Source: Phyllobates terribilis (lineage: Eukaryota). Taken from it: a stretch of 64,000 nt of DNA. Where the stretch lies: NCBI RefSeq assembly GCF_046119375.1, contig NW_027362763.1, positions 621,922,001-621,986,000 of the forward strand. Reading direction: 5' to 3'. Position 1 is the stretch's first letter; every line of letters begins with the position of its first letter. A model generated the notes under the pieces. It searched no databases, was not told the origin of the DNA, and saw only the letters and a list, made by a program, of their open reading frames with translations. A program made the position numbers and the translations under genes. Shown here piece after piece: positions 48,576 through 59,331 of the stretch.

Positions 48576-49184
48576 CAATAGGTAGGTAACTGTACCCAAT
48601 AGGCAGCATAGATCCTCAATAGGCAGGTAAATGTCTCCAATAGGCAGCATAGGTCCTCAATAGGCAGGTAAATATCCCCAATAGGCAGCATAGGTCCCCA
48701 ATAGGCAGGTAAATGTTCCCAATAGGCAGGTAAATATCCCCAAATAGGCAGGTAAATATCCCCAATAGGCAGGTAAATATCCCCAATAGGCAGCATAGGT
48801 CCTCAATAGGCAGGTAAATATCCCCAATAGGCAGGTAAATATCCCCAATAGGCAGCATAGGTCCCCAATAGGCAGGTAAATGTACCCAATAGGCAGCATA
48901 GGTCCCCAATAGGCAGGTAAATGTCCCCAATAGGCAGGTAAATGTCCCCAATAGGCAGCATAGGTCCCCAATAGGCAGGTAAATATCCCCAATAGGCAGC
49001 ATAGGTTCCTAATAGGCAAGTAAATGTCCCCAATAGGCAGGTAAATGTTCCCAATAGGCAGCATAGGTCCCCAATAGGCAGGTAAATGTCCCAAATAGGC
49101 AGCATAGGTCCCCAATAGGCAGGTAAATATCCCCAATAGGCAAGTAAATGTCCCCAATAGGCAGCATAGGTCCTCAATAGGCAG
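48576..49184. repeat. Two-monomer minisatellite (21-bp A, 20-bp B), 29 units
   Basis: A = CAATAGGCAGGTAAATRTCCC, B = CAATAGGCAGCATAGGTCCC. Confidence 0.96.
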
Positions 49185-49905
49185 GCTGTTTCCCCCTTAT
49201 AATGCCCTATGCAGGCTGTTCCCCCCTTATTATGCCCCATGCAGGAGTTCCCTTTCTCCCACCATATAATGCCCCATGCAGGATTTCCCTTTCTCCCACC
49301 ATATAATGCCCCGTGCAAGATGTCACCCCCCCATATAATGCCCCATTCAGGATGTCACCCCCCCCCCCCCCATATAATGACCCATGCAGGATATCACTCC
49401 CCTGTCTTTATAATGCCCCATTCAGGATTTCACCTCCCCATATAATGCCCCATGCTGGATGTCACCCCCCCATATAATGCCCCATTTAGGATGTCACCCC
49501 CCCCCCCATATAAGAACCCATGCAGGATATCACTCCCCTGTCTTTATAATGCCCCATTCAGGATGTCACCCCCCCCATATAATGCCCCATGCTGGATGTC
49601 ACCCCCCCATATAATGCCCCATGCTGGATGTCACCCCCCCATATAATGCCCCATGCAGCATGTCACCCCCCATATAATGCCCCATTCAGGATGTCACCCT
49701 CCCATATAATGACCCATGCAGGATATCACTCCCCTGTCTTTATAATGCCCCATTCAGGATGTCACCCCCCCCCATATAATGCCCCATGCTGGTTGTCACC
49801 CCCCATATAAATGCCCCATGCAGGATGTCACCCCCCCATATAATGCCCCATTCAGGATGTCACCCCCCCATATAATGCCACATGCAGGATGTCACCCCTA
49901 ATATT
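49185..49905. repeat. ~31-bp minisatellite with variable C-run
   Basis: Consensus CCCCCCATATAATGCCCCATGCAGGATGTCA. Confidence 0.95.
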
Positions 49906-50649
49906 ATGTCCCATGCCTCCATACATTAAAAAAAAAAAAAAAAAAAATCCAATACTCACCTCACTTCTCACTTGCTGCCGCTGCTCAGGTCCGGACTCCA
50001 GCGTCTCCGGCGTCGTCCCTCTCTGCGCTGCCTGTGACAGCACTCGGGAGGGCGCGGTGTAAAGACGTCACCGCACCCTCTGACCTGAGACGTCACAGGG
50101 AGCGCAGACCAGGAAGACAGCGGATCTGCGAAGGCACGGGGAGAGGTAAGTATCCGGCTGCCGGGGCTCTGAGAAAGCGGGGGGAAGGGCGGGCAATGGC
50201 ACCGCTCCCCTCTGCCCACAGCCCAGCGGGCCGGATAAAAATCCTCCGCGGGCCGCATGTGGCCCGCGGGCCGTAGTTTGAGGACCCCTGCTCTAATGGT
50301 TGCAGGACTCACAGATAATTGAAAATCTTTGATCTCCCTGGAGCTGATCAATGGATGCTTCTCTGCCATTCTTGTGATTCTATGATCTATGAGGATGGTA
50401 GGATTTCTTTTCCTGCCACGATTTGGGATTTGTTTGACATTTTAAAGCATTGGAAACTTTTGTAGCTGAGCAGTCAATTATTTTCTGCACTGCTTTATAT
50501 GTTTTCCCCTTTCCAATCAACTTCTTGATCAAAGTGATTTCTACTTCTGTACAATGTATAGACGGACCCATTTTACTCTCTCAACACAAACTAAAATCAG
50601 CAGGTACAACATGAATGCAAAAAAAAAAAAATAGGTGTCTGATTTTTAG

Positions 50650-53600
50650 CTAAAGTTATGGATTAAACTCACCTACTTGAATAACTGGGTCCATGATGCC
50701 ACCTTTTTAAAAAAAATGTTTTTTTTTTCATACAAGACATATGAATACCACATTGATGGTATTAATATACACAAGGGCCAGAAATAAATGAAAATCGGAT
50801 TAAACACACTAATATAAGACCATGCGTCCTTTATCAAAAAGCGCCTGAAACGTGTCAAAACTTTCCGCTCCCCTCTTTTCCACTGTGGATATTTTGTTTT
50901 AATTGTTCAAATAAAATTCAAGTTTTATCTGGAGCTGGAAAATCTACTCCTTTTCTCTTACAAATTCACGTCTGGGTCATGACGGGTTCCATGCTCCAAC
51001 ATTACAATGTGCTGCAAGTACAGGTGAGCTGGCGCTATTATTCTATGACTGTTAAAAACTACACATCTCATCTGTTGTCGAGGTACTCCTGGCTTCGGCT
51101 TAGAATTACTGATTAAAGGGATTGTTCCTGTTCTGCTAAATTTCATTCCTGAATGCAGTTTTATATAAAGAAATAAAGCTGTACTAACCTTCTCAAGGTC
51201 CATCAGTGAGTCTCCGCCACTGCCCCAGCGGAACAATCCTATAAACATGTAGGAGTATGAGCCATATGTAAAAAAACAATTATTTATTGAATACTTACAA
51301 AACATATAAAGCTTTAAAAAGGAGAGTGTCAAACTTAGGCCAAGCCACACATAAGGCCATAAAATACAGCTGTAAATAGTCACTGAATTAAAGTGGTAAC
51401 CTCCATATTAATATGCACATATACACCAATGAATGAGAGAACTTTGCAACACAAGTAGTGTGTATATAATATAATATTTAATTATTATTATTATTATAGC
51501 GCCATTTATTCCATGGCGCTTTACATGTGAAAGTGGTATACATAGCAAAAACAATTACAATAATTTAGAACAATACGAGTCTGCGAATGGTACAGGAGGA
51601 GAGAGGACCCTGCCCGCGAGGGCTCACTATCAACAAGGGATGGGCGAGGATACAGTAGGTGAGGGTAGAGCTGGTCGTGCAGCGGTATGGTGGAGCGGTG
51701 ATTACTGCAAGTTGTATGCTTGTCGGAAGAGGTGGATCTTCAGGTTCCTTTTGAAGGTTTTCATGGTAGGCTACAGTCTGATGTGTTGGGGTAGAGAGTT
51801 CCAGAGTAGGGGGGATGCAAGGGAGAAATCTTGTATGCGATTGTGGGAAGAGGAGATAAGAGGAGAGTAGAGAAGGAGATCTTGTGAGGATATATATAGG
51901 ACCTTTGTATAAACTATGCACAAGTATATCTCTAAGATTTGGTGCCTTTCTGTAAGTGACGGATGGATAATTCTTTGTACATCTATCCAAAGTTTGATCC
52001 ACTTTCAAAATGGTCCAATATTTGGAGAGTGTTTCCTTCATATTATGCCACTTGTTGTTAAAAGTGAAAATGAATCTCACCTGATGTTCAGAGGTATGTT
52101 TTTATGTTTGGTCTGGAGCATTTATCTCCTTTTAGAACGCATTGCCCTGTTCAATCCTTTCTTTATACTCCGGTTGGAGTATCCATGCTTCTTATATCTT
52201 TCGAGGAGATGGCCCTCCTGTTGGATGAAGAAACAGTCAGTAACACAAATTCCCCGAGTACGCAAGAATTGGCCAGTGGGAATTCCATTAATGAGGTCTT
52301 GTGGATGAGATGAGGTGGCGTGAAGTAGAGAATTGACCGCTGTGTCTTTTCTATAAACTTCAGTATTGAAAATGCCTCATTTACCTTTGAAGATTCTGAC
52401 GTCCAAGAAGTCCACCATGTTCTGGCTGTAACTGCTTGATAATTTGATGTTTTTCTGATTGGAGTTCAGATTCTGGATAAACAGTTCGAGATCCAGTTCA
52501 GATCCCTGCCAAATAAAGAAAATATCGTCTATAAAACAAGTCCATAAAAGGACATTTTCAATAGTCTGTGGTGGATTAGTAAAGAAAATTCCCCTCAGAG
52601 CCCTAAAAACAAATTTGCGTATGAAGGAGCAAATTCCAAAAGGTTAAGGAGGAATTGAACCAGAGAAAGGTCTGTATCCGTCATGGACAGGAAAATCAGG
52701 AAAATTCTAGTTGCCTCCAGACCATCCTCTTGGCGGATGGAGGTGTGGAGTGACTCTACGAGTCACTATCTTCATATCCTCCTCCAAAATGATGTTCTAG
52801 ACTTTGTTGAAGATATCATTGGTGTCCTTTAGATATGATGACAGATTGTCAACCATTGGTTTGAGATGGTAGTCCAGGTATTTGCAGCTCTGTTCCCATA
52901 AACTGCCATTACCCAACACAACTGGGCGACCTGGTGGGTTAACAACATTTTTATGCATCTTGGGTAATAAGTAGAGGCATGCCACTCTTGGAAATGCTGG
53001 AACAAGACTGCCTTTGATGTCCTTGGATATGGTTCCGTGTTGAAATGCTTTGTCCACGATCTCACGAAGTTGTCCTTGAAAAGAGGAAGTAGGATTATAT
53101 GTCAGTTTCTTATAACATGTACAATCCCTTAGCTGCCTAAAGCCCTCTTTTTCATGTAGGATAGTGGGCCAGATGACCACATTCCCACTTTTATCGGCTG
53201 GCTTAATGATTACCCCTTTAAGGTTTTTCAACTCGCATAAGGTTTATCTTTGAGATAGTGAGAGGTTATCATTATAGATGCCACTTGGAATTTTCCGAAA
53301 CTCTTCAGTTACAAGCTTCACAAACAATTCAATGTTAGGAAATAAGTTAAGTGGTGGGGATTTCTTAAGTGAATGTATACTTGCCATTAGTGGGGGTCCC
53401 TTCTTGTAATTCGCATAATTCTTCAGGGATATTTATTGCTTCCAATTCCTGTGCTGTCCATACTCCTTCTGTTCTGGGTTTTTCATGTAGTTTTTAAAGA
53501 ACCAGCTTTCAGGCAAAAAGATGTAAATCCTTTATTGCTATTAACAGATCAAAGGAACATGTGGGGGAAAAGGTGAGTCCAAGCTTCAAAACCTCAATTT

Positions 53601-53950
53601 GTTAATGAGAAAGGCAGATGTTTGAGAAATTAAGGACCTGCAGTTTTGAGGATTCGGTTGTCCTGTTAGGGTTATTTCTGTTCCTCGCATAACCCCTGAA
53701 ATATTTAGTCTTCCGTTTTCCTTATCACAGAGAATATCTTGTCCCATCGTGTTGAGACTCATTTTCATCATCAGTGGAGGTAATCTAATGGTGGGAGGAG
53801 ACGCTGGATGTTCAGCGTTTTTCAGGATTTATTTGTCGCCAGTTGTATACAGTATGACTTGTAATTGTATAGGTCTCGTTGAAACTTTTTCATTTTTCCA
53901 TCCTGCACCTACTTTTGTCATACCAAGAATTGTTTTACAGCATCAACTTT
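50650..53950 (-). mobile_element. Penelope-like element (N-terminal domain, RT, non-coding 3' flank); GIY-YIG not seen
   Basis: IKPADKSGNVVIWP, YLLPKMHKNVVNPPGRPVV, FIDDIFFIWQG and RKAPNLRDILVHS. Confidence 0.85.
51476..51891 (-). mobile_element. L2 3' fragment, same family as 100-2229
   Basis: (ATT)n tail and terminal TGTAAAGCGCCATGGAATAAATGGCGCTA. The reverse complement matches 2060-2229. Confidence 0.9.
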
Positions 53951-54589
53951 GAAAGCCTCAATAGTTGCTGGGGGAAGGGCCTCCTGTAATTTCACTGCTC
54001 CAGCTTTCTGACATTGGCTATGGCCCTGGCGTCACGTCGACAGCATGGCAGTTCGTGAGCTCAGCAGCTCTGAGTGGGACATTCCATCTACACTGGCTCA
54101 CTTGTAACCCTGATTATAACTATGGTGACGCACCCTAATTGTGGGTATAGGGGAACCTGAGCAGATGACTGGGCTGTTACTAAAAATAAATTAAACAAAG
54201 ACCAAAACAGATATTACCACCATATGGTGAAATATAATGGTAGATATCAGTCTTGCAGAATATATAAGACATTACAGTACAGTTATAGATGGTGACTTCC
54301 AGCTGACATTCTTTCTGATGGAGTCACTCACTTTTCCATCTGGCCCAGACTGTCATGACAACTTCCATCCACAACCCATCTGCAGAGATTACCACAAAGA
54401 CATATTTGACTTCTCACATTTCCTGCACTGTCCCCCCATCAATTCTCAACCTGAACAACCTCTTATCCTGCTGTCACCCCAATACTGTGCAGCTGCTGTC
54501 GTATGTGTCCCTATTACTGCACCTGCTGCTTGGCACAATAACAGCGCTCCTCATAGTACCCAACATAATAATGCCCAACACTATGTCCC

Positions 54590-55110
54590 TTCCACAGTAT
54601 AATGCACCCACACCTCCCCTATACTCAGTATTATGGTCCTATAGCTCCGCTACACACAGCATGATACCCCCCACAGCTCCCATATTCACAGTATGATCGG
54701 CCAACAGCTGCCCTATACATAGTATAATGCCCCCACAGCCCCCCCATACACTGTATGATGGGCTCGCAGCTCAGAAATACACAGTATGATGTCTCCACTG
54801 CTCCCCCAAAACACAATATAATGGTCCCCACAGTAGAGCTTACACAATATAATGGTCCCCATACTCTATAATGGCTCCCACACTCTATAATGGCTCCCAC
54901 GGTAGTCCTCACTTTTGCTCCCACACTGTATAATGGCCCCCACTTTAGCCCCCAAACAGTATATTGGCCCCCACACTGTATACTGGCCCTTGCATTAGCC
55001 CCCAAACGGTATAATGGTCCCCACACTTTGAGGGCCACCATAGTATTCCCTAAAAGGTATGAGGCTTCCCCACACTGTGTCAGGGTCCTCCACACTGTAT
55101 AATGGTCTTC
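54590..55110. repeat. Degenerate ~20-bp minisatellite in a probable hAT-type element
   Basis: Recurrent CCCCACACTGTATAATGGCCCC / CACAGTATAATGCCC units, followed by an A-tract, ATACTCACC and a degenerate terminal GTAGCTACGC (~55465). Confidence 0.8.
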
Positions 55111-55570
55111 CATTGTTTATGATGCCTCCAGTCACACCACAAGTTTTATAAAAAAAAAAAAATCATATACTCACCTATTCCAGGTTCCTGGTGATTGACT
55201 TGCGGACAAACGCGCTGATATTATTATAGCACTGACGAATGCACAAGATGTCAGAGTCCCAGTGCAGCGTGATAACGTAGTCTGACATCCTGTGCATGTG
55301 CCAAAGCTACTGTATCGTCCTGCTGTTTTGTAGACTGCAGGCAAATTGACCTGCGATGTAAAGAAATGGGAACATAGTGGAGGGAGATCATGTCTCCATG
55401 CTCTTCCACAAAGCATAACTATATTGGTGTGCTGCCAAGTGAGCCCCTCTGCTACCCTGGTAGCTACGCTATTATTTAAAAGGTGAAATTAGAGTCTGAT
55501 GGTTTCATTAAATGGAACAATGATCAGGTGTAAGTGGATGACCCGTTTTATCTGAAGCACAGGAATCTAA

Positions 55571-55975
55571 GGACGGAGTCACACTAGCATACTGCATCCA
55601 ATGCGAAAGCAGCTGATCCAATATGCGAATGACACTTTGCTCCAGCTCTGCTGCGAGCTTGAGCCGAGTGTCATGCTACTGTGCTCCGATCCTCTTGCAT
55701 GAGAGAATCGCAGCACAGCTGCGGAGGAGACTGAGAAAGTAATTTCTCCATCTCCTCGATGGCCTGACTTGGCGTATATTGGACTGCACTGAGATGACAT
55801 CTGAGTGCAGTCCGATGTTTCACTTGCACCCATAGACTTGTATGAGTGTGAATGAGCTGAGTCTCGCTGCAAATCGCAGCGATTTTACTCTAGTGCCGAG
55901 TTGGCATGAGAAAACAATCGCAGATCAGCACTGCCCCATAGTATAAAACTGGTGCGAGTGCTATGCAATATTTTA
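55571..55975. mobile_element. Harbinger-type MITE fragment
   Basis: TAA|GGACGGAGTCACACTAGC with internal palindromic arms. Right end lost. Confidence 0.6.
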
Positions 55976-56507
55976 TTGGGGGCCCATATGACAGAAAATA
56001 CCTGAAAGTGACATCATTCTAAAAACTGAACCCCTCAATGTCCTCAAAACCACATTCAATGTGGAAGGAAAAAAATAACATTTTACTTTTTTTTCACAAA
56101 AATTTTTCTTTGGTCCCAAATTTTTTATTTTCACAAAAAGGGTAATAGGAAAAAATAAAAGCCAAAATTTGCAGTGCAATTTCTTCTGAGTACACAGATA
56201 CCTCATATTCGGGTAAAAAGTAAATTACTGTTTGAGTGTACGGCAGGGCTCGGAAGGGGAGGAGCACTGTTTGACTTTTTGAATGCAGAAATTGATGGAA
56301 TTGAGAGCGGATGCCATGTCGCGTTTAGAGAGCCCCTGATGTGCCTAAACAGTGGAAACCCCAACAAGTGACCCAATTTTGAAGACTAGACCCCTCAAGG
56401 ATTTTATGCAAGAATATATAGAGCATTTTGAACCGACAGGTACTACACAGAATTTGATTAGGTCATCATATTGAAAATTTTCATTTTTTCACGAAAATTT
56501 AGTTTTA

Positions 56508-57467
56508 GGCAAAGTGCCCACGATGCAGAAATGCTGTGGAGCGTTTCTGCATCTTCCCAGCAGAAAAAACGCATGCGGATATTACATGCGTTTTTTCTGC
56601 CAAGTAGAAGCGTTTGTGAAGCTTGTTGAACATGCAATTTCGCATGCGGGTTGTCAAGCGCTTTTCCAAGCAATTTTAGCATCACTTGGAAAGTGCTTGA
56701 CAACTTGGTCACACTATATAAATCCATACTACCAGCATGGATTTATGCTGTGTGACCAAGTTACGATGCGGCATCAATTGTAAAAAATAAAAAAATTAAA
56801 AAAAAGAATAAAAATGTTGAAAAAAACCCCCAAAAAAACATAATCACCTTCCGATGGCCCCGATCTCCTTGGCCGGTGTGTCCGGTGTCTTCGGCGGCTC
56901 ACAGTGCTCTAAAAAGGACCTCCCATGACGTAATTTAGTCATGTGACAGGTCACGCGACAGCCGACGTCAGCGGTCGCGTTACCTGTCACATGACTAAAT
57001 GACGTCATGGAAGGTCCTTTTATACCACCGCGAGCAGACGAAGAGCCAGCAGCGCCGCCGGGAGCAGACAGGGGGTCATCAGAAGGTAAGTATATGTTTT
57101 TTTTTATTTTAATTCTTTTTTACCTACAGGTACTATGGTACCCGCGTCTGGAGAAGAGTCTCCTCTTCTCAAGACCCGGGTACCATCCGTGCATTGAATC
57201 ACATAACATCCGCATGCATGCTTGTATGCATGCAGATGTTATGCAGCTCAATGCAAGTCAATGGCAGCAATTTTACTAAAATAATGGTAGTGCTGTGGAT
57301 TTTTCCGCAATGATAATCCGCAGCGGATATTTCCGCAGCATGTGCACAGCACATGCGGATTATCATTGGGAAACATGGCAGACAACTTAACATGCATTTT
57401 TAATGCATTTTCGCGGCAGAAATTCAGCTGCAGAAACGCATTAAAACCACATCGTGGGCAAACAGCG
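56508..57467. mobile_element. Harbinger-type MITE (960 bp)
   Basis: TTA|GGCAAAGTGCCCACGATG ... CATCGTGGGCAAACAGCG|TGA. Same family as 43882 and 45916. Confidence 0.85.
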
Positions 57468-58957
57468 TGAGCCCCAAATTTGTATTTTTCACAATGGGTA
57501 GGAGAAAACAGACCCCATAATTTGTTATGCAATTTCTCCCAAACACGATGATACCCCATATGTGGTCAAAAACTGCTGTTTGGGCACATGGCAGGGCTAT
57601 TAAAGGAAAGAGCGCTATTTGGATTGTGAATGCCATGTCGCATTTGGAGACCTCTGACATGCAAAAACAGCAGAAACACCCCACAAGTGACCCCATTTTT
57701 GAAACTAGACCCCTCAAGTTATTTATCTAGGGGTGTACTGAGCATTTTTAAACAATAGGTGATTCACAAAACTTTAGAACTTCTGGATGGGAGAACAAAA
57801 AATTAATTTTTGTTTCCACTAAAATACAGTTTTAGCACCAAATTTATAATTTACATGAGGTGTAATAGGAGAAAATGGCCCCCATAATTTGTTATGCAAT
57901 TTTTTACCGAACACAGTGATACCCCACATGTGGTTGTACACTACTGTTTGAGCACACAGCAGGGGTAGTATGGGAAGGAGTGCTACTTGGCTTTTAGAAT
58001 GCACATTTCGTTCGTATGGATTGTGGGCTCCATTAGCCGAACCCCTGAGGTGCCAAAACAGCAGAACCCCTTCCCAGTTGACCCCATATTAGAAACTTCA
58101 CTGCCTAAGGAATTCATCTTGGGGTGTAGTGAGTATTTTGAACCTATAGGTGCCTCACAGAATTTTGGAACATTGAGAAGTGGAAATATGATATTTTTGT
58201 GGTAAAAATGTAATTTTTGTAACTACTGCAATCTTGTCAGGTACACAAGGGTTAATAGGTGAAACTAGACCCCATTATTTATTGCACAATTTCTCCTGAA
58301 CGCAGAGATGCCCCATATGTCATCAGAAACTACTTTTTGGCCACATGTCAGGGCCGAGAAGCAAGGAGCACTATTTGGGTCTCCGCAAATGTCGCCCGCG
58401 AACTATTATACCAAAATCTGTGCTCCAAAAGCCAAAGATTCCAGAACATCAGAAAAAACCCCAAAAAGGGACCCATTGTAGAAATTACACCGCTCAATGA
58501 ATTCATCTACGGCTGCAGTGACTATTTTGCAACATCCACGCCAGGCTTTATTCTGGACAAGTGAAAGTATGCAAGTTAGTTACCATACATGGAGTCCCCA
58601 TATATTGTAGGGCCCCATACATTGTGCCCAGCTGGTACTTCTGGTGACACAGACCCCGTAAATTGTTAAGTGCTCTCTCCCCACTACAATAATACCAAAC
58701 ATGTTGCAGCTTACTGTGGTTTAGGGACAGGGGGGCGCAGAAGGAGGGGACATTTGGGAGAGCAGAATTCACTGGATTTTATTTGAGGGGGTGCGAGCTG
58801 TGTCGCTTTTCCATAGTCTTTGTTCTACCAGTAACGTGGGACCCCCTATAGTTCCAGTGACAGACCTGAGTGGGAGCTGGTTTTGTGCGGGATAAATTAG
58901 GGTTTTTATTGGTAACATTTTGGGGTATATAATATTTTTCGATTACTTCCAGAATAA

Positions 58958-59331
58958 GGCTGGATCTCATTCCGGTACGTCGGGATTTCCTCATAAATTC
59001 CACAAAAAATGCGATTCTGACGAAACCACTGACAGAACCACCCACCATAATGAGGCAGATGGAGACACTTTGGACTCAGTTTGGCATCTGCTTGGGTGGT
59101 ATTCATCTTTTTAGGAGTGCACAGATCTGTTGTTGCCCACACTTGTGCGCTAAAAAGACGCCTAAAATGATGAGACACCGCCGTAACACAGACCAGTCCA
59201 AAGTGACTCCATCTGCCTCATAAGTGAGTGGTTTCGTCTGGGTTTTGTCTGAATTGCGATTTTGGAGAATTTACACGGAAACCTCGACTTAAGCGCTCAG
59301 CAGACAGTGCAGGATAAATGTGAGCCGAGCC
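58958..59331. mobile_element. Palindromic Harbinger-type MITE
   Basis: TAA|GGCTGGATCTCA ... TGAGCCGAGCC. Inner arms ATGAGGCAGATGGAGACACTTTGGAC and GTCCAAAGTGACTCCATCTGCCTCAT. Confidence 0.7.

Larger units (their letters stand above)
48372..50290. mobile_element. Complete non-autonomous hAT element (1919 bp) carrying two minisatellites
   Basis: Perfect 16-bp TIR CAGGGGTCCTCAAACT and perfect 8-bp TSD CTCTAATG. Confidence 0.96.
47100..50645 (-). mobile_element. Decayed Tc1 element hosting three younger insertions
   Basis: MGPSIHCTEVEITLIKKLI (50571), GIMVWGCFS..EEVMLPFA and IDVMKWPA. Ends approximate. Confidence 0.85.

Noticed and set aside
48575-49810. Repetitive ORFs and a CRISPR-like look (constant CAATAGGCAG plus a variable part)
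   Set aside because: The variable parts are only two recurring types, not unique spacers. No cas genes, and the context is a eukaryotic hAT.
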